A DNA stretch of 64,000 bases from Cyanobacteria bacterium auto_48_18 (GCA_036170915.1 JAVHQC010000033.1:224001-288000); one strand, 5' to 3'; positions 46,880 through 57,653 are shown, counted from the first letter of the stretch. The notes: generated from the letters alone by a model not told the origin. Program-made: numbers and translations.

Positions 46880-49800
46880 TGACTCTTCGGGAACAGGCTC
46901 TGTCACTGGGGTTTTACTTTTCTTGTCGGTGATTTTGTACATCACCGGCAGTACCATCAAAGTTAAGAGCGTGGCTGAAACTAAGCCGCCGAGTACTACA
47001 GTCGCCATGGGTCTTTGTACTTCTGAACCGGTGCCGCTAGAAAATATTTTAGGCAAGAGTCCCATAATTGCCACCAGCGCTGTCATCATTACCGGCCTGA
47101 AGCGGGTAATGGCACCTTCCATAATGGCTGCTTCAGCTGGCCTTGTAGCGCGCAAGTGACTGATGTAAGACACCAGGATGACACCGTTCTGCACAGCCAC
47201 ACCAAAGAGCGCGATAAAGCCGATAATGGCTGGAACTGAGATGGGCTGGTGAGTGATGAATAATCCCAGAATTCCGCCGATGATAGCGAAGGGTACATTG
47301 GCCATTACCAGACAGGCGTTTTTGAAAGAACCGAATGCCGAAAACAGCAAGATGAATATTAGCAGCAGTACGATCGGTACTACCACAGCCAATCTTGCCA
47401 TTGCTCTTTGTTGGTTTTCGAATTGGCCACCCCATACCAGTCTGCACGAGTCTGGAATCTTGACTGTCTTTGCCACTTTGGCTTGAGCCTCTTGAACAAA
47501 GCTACCAAGGTCGCGGCCCCTGATGTTTGAAAGAACAGCAGTACGCCTTTGTGCTTCTTCGCGGTTAACCATCACCGTGCCTTCTTCAAGGGTGATATCG
47601 GCCAGCATTTTAAGCGGCACCGTGGCCCCAGAAGGCGTGGTCACAGGCATGTTCGATATGTCTTCTACCGAATCGCGATCTTTGCGTGGCAAACGTACCA
47701 GAACACCAAAGCGTTTATTGTCTTCGAATACTTCGGTAATGACACTACCGGCAATGGCAGTGTTGATATATTGTTGCAGCGCTGCCACGTTGAGGCCATA
47801 GCGCGCCATTCGCGCTCGATCCAGTCGTATCTTCAACTGCGGCGCCCCGAGCATCCGCTCGCGTTGTAAGTCTGCCACTCCTGGCACGCTAGAAATCGCA
47901 TGAGTAATGTCTGAGCTAATTCCATCGATTTCGCGTAGGTCATCGCCGAAAACTTTAATGGCCAGGTCGGCTTTTACTCCTGATACCAGGTCATCTACCA
48001 TGTCAGCAATTGGTTGTGAAAAACTATATTTCAAGCCAGTGATGTTATCCAATTTTTTGGCCATTTTTTCGACCAATTCATCTTTGCTGCGCACCGTCCA
48101 TTTATTTTTTGGTTTCAGGCCTATGTAAGTATCGGCATTGTCTACACCTTCCAGATCAGAACCCATGCCCGATCGGCCAATGCGCGAGACCACAATTTCG
48201 ACTTCAGGAAATTCTTTCACAATAGTCTCGATAATCTTGGCTATCTCCATTGATTCGGTATGAGAAACACTTGGAGCAAGCTTGGTACGCAATAAAATTG
48301 AACCTTCGTCCAGGGTAGGAATAAATTCAGATCCTAAAAAGGGCACAAGGCAAAGTGAGGCCATGAGGGCACCAACTGCAATGGCAATCACTAGTTTTGG
48401 GCGCTTTAGTGCGGCTGCCAGAGCGCCCATATATTTGCGCCTGGGCACGGCAAGAATAGGGCTTTCTTTATCAACGATGTTGCCACGCAAAAACAAATAA
48501 CAGAGCAGCGGAATGATGGTCATGGAGCAGATCAGGGCGCCAGTAATTGAATAGATGAATGTCAGAGCGAGAGGCTGAAACATTTTCCCCTCCACCCCTT
48601 CCAGGGTGAAGAGCGGAATATAGACCGCAATAATGATCAAAATGGAAAACAGAATTGGCTTGCCCACTTCACGGGCAGCGTGAGAGGTGGTCTCTAAAAT
48701 TTCTGCTGGAGATAATTTTTTTCCATCCTCTTGCTTTTCGGCCAGATGGCGAAAAACGTTTTCTACCATGACGACACCGGCGTCTACAATGACGCCGAAC
48801 TCCATGGCGCCAAGAGTCATAAGATTGGAAGAAAGACCAGTTAACCTCATCATAATGAAGCTGAAAAGCAAGGACAGCGGAATAATCACAGCGGCAATCA
48901 CAGCCGCTCGAATATTGAGAAGAATGCTCGCCAGAATAATAATTACCAGAGCACCGCTAAAGAGAAGAATCTCCTTTACCGTGTCCATGGTTTTGTCCAC
49001 TAATTCCATTTGGTTGTAGTACGGCACAATGTGAACGCCCTTGGGCAATTGTGAATGCAGGTCTTTCAGGCACTTCTCCACATTGAGCACTACTTCTTTA
49101 GTGTTTACCCCTTTGCGAGTAAGAACAATGCCTGTGACTGCTTCACCTTTGCCGTCTTTAGACGCCGAGCCACGTCTGAAGGCGCCGTTGATAGTGATGC
49201 TGGCGACCTGACCAAGTTTTACCGATGTGCCTTCATATTCGCGCAGCACAGTATTCTCGATGTCGGCTGCTGTCTTAATGCGGCCGATACTGCGTATGAT
49301 AATTTCTTCGCCACCTTGCTCGATGAAATTGCCACCAGCATTGGTGTTATTCGAATTTAGCGCATCGACCACTTCTTTCAGGCTGACGTCGTATGACTTC
49401 ATTTGATCAGGCTTGAGCAGTACCTGATATTCCTTGACGAAACCGCCGTAGGAGACTACGTTTCCAACACCAGGAACGCTTCTGAGTTTTCTGGCGATCA
49501 CCCAATCTTGAATGGTCCGTAAGCCGATTTCATCTTGTGGGCCTTCCACATAGTACATAAAGACATTGCTGAAAGTTGATACCACAGGCCCCATCTGTGG
49601 CTGAGGCACCTGACTGGGAAACTGAATGGTGTTGAGCTTCTCGCGCACCAGCTGCCTGGCGAAATAAACATCGACGCTGTCTTGAAAAATTACTGTTACT
49701 ACAGAAAGACCAAAGCTGGAATTGCTGCGAATGGTAGATTTACCCGGCAGGCCGGCCATGGCATTTTCAATAGGAATGGTGATCATGGATTCCACTTCTT

Positions 49801-49975
49801 CAGTGGCCATGCTCTCCGGCTCGCAAATTATTTGCACCTGAACATTACTGACGTCAGGAAACGAATCCATGGGCAGAGTGGACAGAGAGAACAAACCGGC
49901 AAATATTAGAAGAACAGTGAGGGCTATAATCGCTAAACGCTGGCTTAAAGCGAAGCTAATTAGTTTATCCGTCAC
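46868..49975 (-). CDS. CzcA/CusA family heavy-metal efflux RND permease
   Basis: DSFPDVSNVQVQI, S.FGLSVV, NLMTLGAMEFGVIVDAGVVMVEN, EGKMFQPLA, FIALFGVAVQNG, RFRPVMMTA. Confidence 0.95.
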   Translation of the reverse strand: MTDKLISFALSQRLAIIALTVLLIFAGLFSLSTLPMDSFPDVSNVQVQIICEPESMATEEVESMITIPIENAMAGLPGKSTIRSNSSFGLSVVTVIFQDSVDVYFARQLVREKLNTIQFPSQVPQPQMGPVVSTFSNVFMYYVEGPQDEIGLRTIQDWVIARKLRSVPGVGNVVSYGGFVKEYQVLLKPDQMKSYDVSLKEVVDALNSNNTNAGGNFIEQGGEEIIIRSIGRIKTAADIENTVLREYEGTSVKLGQVASITINGAFRRGSASKDGKGEAVTGIVLTRKGVNTKEVVLNVEKCLKDLHSQLPKGVHIVPYYNQMELVDKTMDTVKEILLFSGALVIIILASILLNIRAAVIAAVIIPLSLLFSFIMMRLTGLSSNLMTLGAMEFGVIVDAGVVMVENVFRHLAEKQEDGKKLSPAEILETTSHAAREVGKPILFSILIIIAVYIPLFTLEGVEGKMFQPLALTFIYSITGALICSMTIIPLLCYLFLRGNIVDKESPILAVPRRKYMGALAAALKRPKLVIAIAVGALMASLCLVPFLGSEFIPTLDEGSILLRTKLAPSVSHTESMEIAKIIETIVKEFPEVEIVVSRIGRSGMGSDLEGVDNADTYIGLKPKNKWTVRSKDELVEKMAKKLDNITGLKYSFSQPIADMVDDLVSGVKADLAIKVFGDDLREIDGISSDITHAISSVPGVADLQRERMLGAPQLKIRLDRARMARYGLNVAALQQYINTAIAGSVITEVFEDNKRFGVLVRLPRKDRDSVEDISNMPVTTPSGATVPLKMLADITLEEGTVMVNREEAQRRTAVLSNIRGRDLGSFVQEAQAKVAKTVKIPDSCRLVWGGQFENQQRAMARLAVVVPIVLLLIFILLFSAFGSFKNACLVMANVPFAIIGGILGLFITHQPISVPAIIGFIALFGVAVQNGVILVSYISHLRATRPAEAAIMEGAITRFRPVMMTALVAIMGLLPKIFSSGTGSEVQRPMATVVLGGLVSATLLTLMVLPVMYKITDKKSKTPVTEPVPEESLPG

Positions 49976-51365
49976 CGCGCTGCTCCATAGAAAGTTTCGT
50001 TTTCACAAGCACGCCGCCAGTTGTGACCACGTCTTCTCCGCCTTGCAGTCCACTGCTGATTTCTACCAGGTCACCATTAGTGATGCCTGTTTGAACCACT
50101 CTTTTGGCGTACTGGTCTGGCGATGTGCGAAGGTAAACTACGGTGGTGCCGCCGGTTTCATGAATAGCTTCTCTAGGGCAAGCGATTACTTCGCGAGGTT
50201 GGCCTTGAATGTCGATGGTGGCAAACATATTTAGTTTTAGCAGGCCGCTTGTATTATCAATTACTGCTCTCACTGAAACTGTGCGCGTTTTAGGGTCAAG
50301 CATTTCTCCCACATAATGTACTTTGCCGCTAAAAGTACGTGGGCCATAAGCAGTCACAGACGCCGCCACCGGCAGACCTTTTTTCACCAGTGCTAAATCT
50401 GACTCAGGAATTTCACAGCTGATGGCTACCTGTCTCATGTCGCAGATCGAGAATATTGGCGAGTCTGGGCCAACTATTTCGCCTGGAGAAACGAATTGCT
50501 GCACGATAATGCCGCGAGCGGGAGCAATGATAGGCACCAGCGGACGCAGATGCCGGGCTGAAAGACCCGCCTGTGGAGATTTGATCTGCCTGGCTTCAGC
50601 ACCTAAAAATCCGAGCTTTTCATTGATCGTTTGCAGCTCGTTTAAAGTTTCTTGCGCTTCTGTTTGTGCTAGTTGCCAGTCTTTCTTGATCAGGCCTTTG
50701 TTTGCAAACAACTGGCTCTCACGCTTTTCTTCCAGCTGGCATTGTTCGAGATCTAGACGCGCTCTCTCAAGAACGCTTTTGGACTGCAGAAAATCTTTTT
50801 CAGCGGCAATGCCCTCTTTTTTAAGAGTCTCCATGCGATTAAAGTTTCGCCTGGCAGCTTGTTCATTAATCAAAGCCAGCTGTAATGCGGTTTTCGCCCT
50901 GATTAACGCCTTGGGGCGCAGCAGCTCTTCTTGATAAACGCGATATTCTCTTTCTTCATGCGCTTTAGCAATTGCCAAACGCGAGGCAGCTTTGTTTGCC
51001 TCTGCTTGAATCTCGCTAACTTGTTGACTGTCAACAAAACCGAGCACCTGACCGGCCTTTACCTGTTCGCCCGGTGCAACATTCATCTTTAAAATGCGCC
51101 CAGACAGTCTCACTCCGACCGTATACTCTTTGCCGAAAACTGGTTTGATTTGACCAGTGCAATGCACCACCGGTGAAAGATTGCGCCGTTCGGCCTTAAC
51201 GCATTCAATGGACGGAGTAATGTTTTTTTCCGGTTTGGCTGCAATGGCCGAAGAGTCATTGCTGACGCCATTTGACTGACATCCGCAGAGGCTAATGCTG
51301 CAAAGAAAGAGGCCCATCAGGAGAATGGCCGTGAAATTATTCGCTTTGGAGAGCCTGTTTAACAT
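49965..51365 (-). CDS. RND periplasmic adaptor (CzcB-like MFP), probable lipoprotein
   Basis: LCGC lipobox-like; SGRILKMNVAPGEQVKAGQ; APARG; LDPKTRT; SGLQGGEDVVTTG. Confidence 0.9.
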   Translation of the reverse strand: MLNRLSKANNFTAILLMGLFLCSISLCGCQSNGVSNDSSAIAAKPEKNITPSIECVKAERRNLSPVVHCTGQIKPVFGKEYTVGVRLSGRILKMNVAPGEQVKAGQVLGFVDSQQVSEIQAEANKAASRLAIAKAHEEREYRVYQEELLRPKALIRAKTALQLALINEQAARRNFNRMETLKKEGIAAEKDFLQSKSVLERARLDLEQCQLEEKRESQLFANKGLIKKDWQLAQTEAQETLNELQTINEKLGFLGAEARQIKSPQAGLSARHLRPLVPIIAPARGIIVQQFVSPGEIVGPDSPIFSICDMRQVAISCEIPESDLALVKKGLPVAASVTAYGPRTFSGKVHYVGEMLDPKTRTVSVRAVIDNTSGLLKLNMFATIDIQGQPREVIACPREAIHETGGTTVVYLRTSPDQYAKRVVQTGITNGDLVEISSGLQGGEDVVTTGGVLVKTKLSMEQRGDG

Positions 51366-51626
51366 TGCATATGCCCGTAGCAAGCCGCCCGATTGGCTTC
51401 GATACTTTAATTATTCCATTGTATAACTGTCTTTCAACGCCAATTCTTTCGCCGCAAGGTTTGCTCGAAGCGCGATCTTGCTCTATTGACATGGCAACCT
51501 ACATAGTCAACTGGCCCCTGTCTTCACTGTTTACGGAAAGCTTTTTGATACCACTAATAGTGCAAAAGAGGTTATGAATATTTTGCCACATTATTTCAGT
51601 CTTTGCTAATCAAGCGAGAGTGGTCT

Positions 51627-52421
51627 CTAATCGGGTATCAAGCTTGATTGACCCGATTCTGTTAGATAGGCACGAAACTCTTCTTTGTAGTTAAAAGTGC
51701 CGCCTGGCGACTGATCTTGTGCAACGAATGGACTTGTGTGCAACAGGTTGACCTCAAGCTTTTTTGGCTTGCGCGTGATTGCTTTGCCGTCTTGGTCATA
51801 GCGCATTTGCAGACTATGCTCGACTACTTTGCCGCTTGACGCAGGCTGCAGCTCCTGTTCTTCGGTGCGTTTTTCCGCGCGAAGAATTTTATGAGTTTCG
51901 TCATCAACGGTAATTGCTGTATAACGAATCAAGCAGCGAAAACTATCTGGTTGCGAATCAAGCACCTGATAGTCTTCAAAAATATCGAAGTCGGTAGCTC
52001 CTTGAGTTTTTACACGAGCATAATTAGGAATAATTACGGCGTCCCAAACTGCGCCTGTTTTGTCGGCCTGCAGTCCACGAGTTGATTTTGTCTCGTTTTT
52101 GCTTTCAACAGATCTGAGCATAATTGTCTGCTTCAGTGTTTTTGCTTCGAAGCCGCCGGTGAGCCAATCAGGCAGCTTGTACCATGATTTGATTTTGTGA
52201 TTACCAGGCAAAAGATCTTCAGAAAAAGTTGAGCCAATGCGAAAACGCTCTTGCACCGGTGCTACTCGCTCTTCGATACCACCTTGCAATACCTGCGCCG
52301 ACGCAGTTTGTACATAATTTGGCAGATAATTTGAACTGAGCAAAATTATTGCCAGCACTGTGAGGTGAATTTTGTCTGGCCAGCTAATATTTAGCTTTAA
52401 CTTTGACTTTGTCATGGGCAA
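51627..52421 (-). CDS. secreted hypothetical protein (IPxW family paralogue)
   Basis: WYKLPDWLTGGF, GLQADKTGAVWD, FRAYLTESGQSSLIP. Confidence 0.75.
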   Translation of the reverse strand: MPMTKSKLKLNISWPDKIHLTVLAIILLSSNYLPNYVQTASAQVLQGGIEERVAPVQERFRIGSTFSEDLLPGNHKIKSWYKLPDWLTGGFEAKTLKQTIMLRSVESKNETKSTRGLQADKTGAVWDAVIIPNYARVKTQGATDFDIFEDYQVLDSQPDSFRCLIRYTAITVDDETHKILRAEKRTEEQELQPASSGKVVEHSLQMRYDQDGKAITRKPKKLEVNLLHTSPFVAQDQSPGGTFNYKEEFRAYLTESGQSSLIPD

Positions 52422-52520
52422 AATTATACTCGGGAAAAAGCCGCTACCTGTCCTATCCTTTCCCCTATGTTATTTAATCTTGGTAACCCTGATAATCAAG
52501 CCTGTAGAGAAACTCCCAGT

Positions 52521-52559
52521 AAAAGTTCCGCCTCGCCAGCGGAGCTTTTATTGTTTTTG
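52521..52559 (+). terminator. terminator-like hairpin with T tract on the + strand
   Basis: AAAAGTTCCGC-CTCGCCA-GCGGAGCTTTT followed by ATTGTTTTT. Confidence 0.5.
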
Positions 52560-52566
52560 TGGTGTA

Positions 52567-52603
52567 GAAAAGCAGAGCGCCAATTGAATTGATTGGCGCT
52601 CTG
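52567..52603 (-). terminator. rho-independent terminator of the Spy/CpxP-like gene
   Basis: Perfect 12-bp arms CAGAGCGCCAAT / ATTGGCGCTCTG followed on the minus strand by CTTTTC. Confidence 0.7.
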
Positions 52604-52662
52604 TTGCGTATCGAGTCAGTCAAAATCACTGAGTATCAAGGGCGCCTCGACACGACACTACA

Positions 52663-53196
52663 CTACGATTTTTGCATGCGTTTTTCACCGCCATGCTTTT
52701 TGCCCCAGTTAGCCTGCATATCGCGCATCTGTTTACGTTGCTCGGGTGTGAGGTTTTCACTCATATCAATGCGGAATGCCAGCATGGAATTGGCCATATC
52801 AGCAGACAAAGCATTGATTTTGTCTTGCTCTTGTTGCACTGCACTGCGATCGATTTTGTCGCTGCTGAGCAGTTCTCTGAGGGCCTTGCGATGGGTCATC
52901 AGTTCTTCTTTTTTCGGGCTGACTGATGCTTTGAATTTCGTCTTCAAAGAATCCATGGCAGTTTTTTGCTCTTCAGTCAGATTCAAGGCCTGCAAGCGGC
53001 TACCTTTCCCGGCACCGCCTTTATGACCGTGTCCGCCTTTCCAGCCGTGGCGTCTTCCACCACCACCCTGGCATTCTTTAGTCTCTGTTTGCACTTTGGT
53101 TTCAGCAATTGTGGTATCGCTGGCCTGAGCAAGTGCTGGCAAGAAGGCTGTAGCTAACGATAGGCACAGTGTGCTAAAGGCAATTGATTTTTTCAT
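52663..53196 (-). CDS. Spy/CpxP/ZraP family periplasmic protein
   Basis: Signal peptide, Gly/His-rich segment, two LTxxQ motifs (LNLTEEQ, LTPEQ); AAGGA RBS. Confidence 0.88.
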   Translation of the reverse strand: MKKSIAFSTLCLSLATAFLPALAQASDTTIAETKVQTETKECQGGGGRRHGWKGGHGHKGGAGKGSRLQALNLTEEQKTAMDSLKTKFKASVSPKKEELMTHRKALRELLSSDKIDRSAVQQEQDKINALSADMANSMLAFRIDMSENLTPEQRKQMRDMQANWGKKHGGEKRMQKS

Positions 53197-53297
53197 TGCT
53201 TAAATTCCTTATTCTCTTTTACTTCGATTTTTGATTGCGCCCTCGCTTTTGCTTTCGATTGTTTTTTCAATCTTCAATTGCGAGGTACATTACTGTT

Positions 53298-53323
53298 AAC
53301 GTAATTTGGCCGCAAAAAGTTCA
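53298..53323 (-). promoter_or_regulatory. candidate ECF sigma promoter for the spy-like gene
   Basis: Minus-strand TGAAC-N17-CGTT about 100 nt upstream of the ATG. Confidence 0.45.
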
Positions 53324-53474
53324 ATCAAAAGGCAAAAAGTTTTATTAACTCTTGACTAAACAGTTGAGCTTGATTCCAAATGCCTCACGGTTTCTGTTTT
53401 GAGGGCAAATCACCTGCTTCTTCACTCTAGTGTGAGAGCATAAGCGTGACCGACCACGGCAGAGGCGGATAGAT

Positions 53475-53828
53475 ATGACCAACTTATTAAGGCTGCTTTA
53501 TGGCGCAATCCTAATTATTATGATCGCCCTGGCAGTATGGGCGTCGTTGCAAGAAAGTATTCTGGCGATACCACCAGTAGTGACCCGTGATCCCTGGTTC
53601 ATCGGCACACTGGCAGATTGCTATTTCTCGTCGGTCACATTTATTCTATGGGTCTGCTATCGCGAAGAAAGTTTGCCAGCAAGACTCTTCTGGTTCCTGG
53701 CAATCTCGACCACAGGTAATATTGCCATGGCCATCTATGTACTTATAGCCCTGATGCAGCTTAAGCCTGGTGAGAGCGCCGCCACCCTCTTTACCAGGCG
53801 TAAAAATGAAACAACTGAACCGGGTTAA
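53475..53828 (+). CDS. DUF1475-like small membrane protein
   Basis: 3 TM helices; PWFIGTLADCY, WVCYRE, GNIAMAIYV. Confidence 0.8.
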   Translation: MTNLLRLLYGAILIIMIALAVWASLQESILAIPPVVTRDPWFIGTLADCYFSSVTFILWVCYREESLPARLFWFLAISTTGNIAMAIYVLIALMQLKPGESAATLFTRRKNETTEPG

Positions 53829-53876
53829 ACCAGATTCAGTTGCTTCAATTGATTTAGGGTCTTACTCAGAGACTAC

Positions 53877-54344
53877 TTAATGACAGACATTAATGCCGCG
53901 CTTTGACAGATATTTTTGATGATATTCTTCAGCATCATAAAATGGTTTAGCGGCTGTAATTTCAGTGACAATAGGATTTTGAAAAACCCCTTTTTTGTCT
54001 AGTTCGGCTTTGATTTCTGCTGCCAATTTTTCTTGCTCAGGCGAATGAAAATATACAGCTGAGCGGTACTGGCTGCCGTGGTCTGGGCCCTGACGGTTCA
54101 AAGTAGTTGGGTCATGCATTTCAAAAAACTTGTGCAAAAGTTCTTGATATGTAATCACCGCCGGATCAAAAATCACTTCTACAACTTCAGCATGGCCTGT
54201 GTTTTTACCGCAAACCTGCTCATAAGTCGGATTTTCAGTATGACCGCCGCTGTATCCCACTTTTGTTTCTGTGACGCCTTTGAGTTGACGAAAGTTTTCT
54301 TCAACTCCCCAGAAACATCCGGCGCCGAAAGTAGCTTTTTCCAT
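53877..54344 (-). CDS. msrA: peptide-methionine (S)-S-oxide reductase
   Basis: [38 protein letters not shown]. Confidence 0.97.
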   Translation of the reverse strand: MEKATFGAGCFWGVEENFRQLKGVTETKVGYSGGHTENPTYEQVCGKNTGHAEVVEVIFDPAVITYQELLHKFFEMHDPTTLNRQGPDHGSQYRSAVYFHSPEQEKLAAEIKAELDKKGVFQNPIVTEITAAKPFYDAEEYHQKYLSKRGINVCH

Positions 54345-54358
54345 TGTGTACGACCTCC

Positions 54359-56305
54359 CTAAACTACTTCAGCATCAACTACATCATCGCCGGAGCTTGA
54401 GCTAGACCCAGAGCCGGTACTCGATGAACTTGAGCTGCCTGAACCACCTGATGCGGAAGCGCCGGCAGACGAACCACCAGCAGTGGCGCCAACAGGTTCT
54501 CTACTTTTTGCTTCGGCTTCTTGTTGAATCGCTACAAACAAATTGCGCAGTTCTTCAATCGCTTTTTTCAGTGAGTCATTGTCTACATTGTCTTTGACTT
54601 TTTGACGCACGTCGGCAATCAGCTTGTTCGCTTTTTCTTTATTCTCATCGCTGTTGGCTGCGCCATTGTCGGCAATGTGTTTTTCAACTGCATAAGTGAG
54701 AGCGTCAGCGTCGTTGCGCATCTCAGCTTTTTCTTTGAAAAGCTCGTCCTCTTTAACGTGCGACTCGGCTTCCTTGACCATGCGATCAATATCTTCTTTT
54801 GTCAGGTTAGTGGTAGCAGTAATGGTGATTTTCTGCTCTTTGCCTGTGGTCTGATCTTTGGCAGTTACGGAGACAATACCGTTGGCGTCAATGTCGAATG
54901 AAACTTCGATTTTGGCTTGTCCTCGGCGACCGGGTGCAATGCCGTCGAGAATAAAATTACCGAGCATTTTATTGTCGCGAGCCATGGCGCGTTCGCCCTG
55001 GAAGACCTGTACATCAACGTTTGGTTGATTGTCTTCTGCGGTGGAGAATACTTGCGATTTGTGAGTTGGAATAGTGGTGTTTTTCTCTACCAGTTTGGTG
55101 AAGACACCACCCATGGTTTCAATACCAAGTGACAACGGAGTGACGTCCAGCAAAACAATTTCTTTCACTTCGCCAGCCAGAACACCTGCTTGAACAGCAG
55201 CACCGATTGCCACCACTTCGTCAGGGTTTACACTCTGGTTTGGTTCTTTGCCACCAGTCAAACTCTTAACCAGATCTTTGACTGCCGGAATACGAGTAGA
55301 GCCGCCTACCAATACCACTTCTTCAATTTGTTCATAAGTCAGCTTCGCATCGGCCAGAGCTTGTTCCACTGGTTTCTTACAACGCTGCACCAGATCTCTA
55401 GTGAGGTCGTTGAAGCGAGCGCGAGTCAACTTCATATCTAAGTGTTTTGGGCCGGTTTCGTTAGCGGTGACGAAAGGCAATGAAATTGAGGTTTCAGTCA
55501 CTGACGATAGTTCGATTTTGGCTTTCTCAGCAGCTTCCATCAATCTTTGCAAAGCTTGGGGATCTTTGCGCAGATCAATTCCTTCAGCAGATTTGAATTC
55601 TGTCGCCAGCCATTCCACAACCATGTGGTCAAAATCGTCACCACCAAGGTGAGTGTCACCAGAGGTAGATTTAACTTCAAAAAGGCCGTCGCCTACTTCT
55701 AAAACTGAAACGTCGAATGTGCCACCACCCAAGTCGAAGACTAAAATGGTTTCATTCTTTTTGCGGTCTAAGCCGTAAGCCAGAGCCGCTGCGGTGGGTT
55801 CGTTGATGATGCGCAGCACTTCGAGGCCGGCGATTTGTCCGGCGTTTTTAGTCGCCTGACGCTGTGAATCGTTGAAGTATGCGGGCACGGTAATCACTGC
55901 GCCGGTTACTTTTTCACCCAAATATTTTTCAGCATCTTCTTTCAATTTCCGCAAAATCATGGCTGAAATTTCTTCAGGGCTATAATCTTTTCCGCCCAAC
56001 ACAACTTTGCAGCCGCCTTCTGGGCCTTCTTTGACTTTGTATGAAATATTTTGCAACTCAGAGGCCACTTCAGAATAGTGTCTGCCCATGAAGCGCTTGA
56101 TTGAATAAACAGTGTTTTGCGGATTGACAACTGCCTGGCGACGGGCCAACTGCCCTACCAGCCTCTCTCCACCTTTGCTGATGGCAACTACCGATGGGGT
56201 AGTGCGAGCTCCTTCAGTATTGGCTATCACGGTTGGCTGGCCGCCTTCCATAACCGCTACAACTGAGTTGGTGGTGCCTAAGTCGATTCCTACTGCCTTG
56301 CCCAT
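54359..56305 (-). CDS. dnaK: molecular chaperone DnaK (Hsp70)
   Basis: [54 protein letters not shown]. Confidence 0.98.
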   Translation of the reverse strand: MGKAVGIDLGTTNSVVAVMEGGQPTVIANTEGARTTPSVVAISKGGERLVGQLARRQAVVNPQNTVYSIKRFMGRHYSEVASELQNISYKVKEGPEGGCKVVLGGKDYSPEEISAMILRKLKEDAEKYLGEKVTGAVITVPAYFNDSQRQATKNAGQIAGLEVLRIINEPTAAALAYGLDRKKNETILVFDLGGGTFDVSVLEVGDGLFEVKSTSGDTHLGGDDFDHMVVEWLATEFKSAEGIDLRKDPQALQRLMEAAEKAKIELSSVTETSISLPFVTANETGPKHLDMKLTRARFNDLTRDLVQRCKKPVEQALADAKLTYEQIEEVVLVGGSTRIPAVKDLVKSLTGGKEPNQSVNPDEVVAIGAAVQAGVLAGEVKEIVLLDVTPLSLGIETMGGVFTKLVEKNTTIPTHKSQVFSTAEDNQPNVDVQVFQGERAMARDNKMLGNFILDGIAPGRRGQAKIEVSFDIDANGIVSVTAKDQTTGKEQKITITATTNLTKEDIDRMVKEAESHVKEDELFKEKAEMRNDADALTYAVEKHIADNGAANSDENKEKANKLIADVRQKVKDNVDNDSLKKAIEELRNLFVAIQQEAEAKSREPVGATAGGSSAGASASGGSGSSSSSSTGSGSSSSSGDDVVDAEVV

Positions 56306-56492
56306 AGCTCTTAACTCCGTTGTTGACCCTAATTCTCAAAAGTTCGCCGCTCCCAGGTAAAACCGGGAGCCTCTAATGTCAGACTATTGAACTGGCAGCT
56401 CAATGTGCCAAAACTCTAGTTTTCTTTAATCATCTTTCGCAGTATTAAACCGGTTGAGTAGAATTGGCACTCAGCTCTGCGACAATGAAGAA

Positions 56493-57653
56493 ATGGGAAA
56501 CTCTGGATTTAATAAACTGCAGATAGTGCTAATGATGAGCCTTCTGGCCGTTTTGTGGCTGGCGAGCGGCGGTGCCGCCGAGGCAGCGTCAAAATTGCCG
56601 CCAAAAAAGACAATCATCGATGATCCGTCAGCGAAGCCGGTGCAGCCTGCTTCAGGCGGAAAAGTGATCACTGATCCCACCACTCAAGTTGTGCTGGCGC
56701 CTGGTCTAGAAGTCACTTTCCATATATTTGACGGCCTCGACACTCAGTGGCGTCTCGTTGGTAACTACGATTTTGTCGCGCGTATAGAAGAAGCCGGCCG
56801 CGACGGCTTCATTTACGAATGGCAGATGGGTGATCCGGCCGACGCATCTGGCTCGAGGCGGGTAGAGCCGGGTGATGTGCATCAGTCGCGTAAAGTCAGT
56901 CTCTTTTACCCGAAGCACGAGACCACTACTCTGGTGGGTTACACCAATGCCATCAGAATCTCTGACGCACTCTTCAAAGATCTGAAAGCAGGCAGACGTT
57001 CTGAGTTTTCGCTGGACGGTCCCGAAAGCGTCATGGTTTTGCATCAAGAGTCAGTGCCTGTGCCTCGATACATCAAAGGTGATGGGGAAGAAACCATCAA
57101 TATGCGCATTGATGGCAAAGACGAACCGGTGCGCTGCATCAAGGCCACTTGCGACAATGGTTGGAATTATTGGGTGCTGGATAATCCCCGCTTTCCATTG
57201 ATGGTGCAGGGTAATGCGCCTTTTCGCTGGGTCACTTCACTCAGTCACGCTTATGGTGAAAGCGACGCCACCAAAGAGGCGAAGCATATTTTTGATCAGC
57301 TCAAAGACGGTGGTGTAGCCACTTCTTATTTGATTTTGTTCGATTTTGATTCGGCGCAACTGCGCGATTCTTCCAAAGCAATTTTGCGCTCGCTCAGTCA
57401 CTATATTGCTGGTGAGCCTAAGCTTAAATTGCAGGTAGAAGGCCATACATGCACCATTGGCAGCTACAACTACAATATGAACCTGTCGCAGAAACGGGCC
57501 GAATCTGTCACCCGCTTCTTGGTGCAGAATTGCGGTATTGCGCCAGGCCGCCTCAAGTCTGTGGGCTTCGGCTTTACTAAACCGGAAAAGCCAAATACCA
57601 ACGAAGCTAACCGCGCCAGAAACCGCCGGGTAATTTTCAGACAGTTTAACTAG
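56493..57653 (+). CDS. secreted OmpA-C domain protein with uncharacterised N-terminal domain
   Basis: Signal peptide; ILFDFDSA, VEGHT, NLSQKRAESV, NRARNRRV. Confidence 0.87.
   Translation: MGNSGFNKLQIVLMMSLLAVLWLASGGAAEAASKLPPKKTIIDDPSAKPVQPASGGKVITDPTTQVVLAPGLEVTFHIFDGLDTQWRLVGNYDFVARIEEAGRDGFIYEWQMGDPADASGSRRVEPGDVHQSRKVSLFYPKHETTTLVGYTNAIRISDALFKDLKAGRRSEFSLDGPESVMVLHQESVPVPRYIKGDGEETINMRIDGKDEPVRCIKATCDNGWNYWVLDNPRFPLMVQGNAPFRWVTSLSHAYGESDATKEAKHIFDQLKDGGVATSYLILFDFDSAQLRDSSKAILRSLSHYIAGEPKLKLQVEGHTCTIGSYNYNMNLSQKRAESVTRFLVQNCGIAPGRLKSVGFGFTKPEKPNTNEANRARNRRVIFRQFN

Noticed and set aside
52589..53026. 145-aa plus-strand ORF and the many other antisense ORFs in the track
   Set aside because: They lie antisense to well-supported genes and show no motifs or independent support.
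56464..56490. CIRCE or HAIR operator upstream of dnaK
   Set aside because: Only one half-site (TTGGCACTC) is present, and the TTGAGT/ACTCAG arms are 9 nt apart rather than 7.
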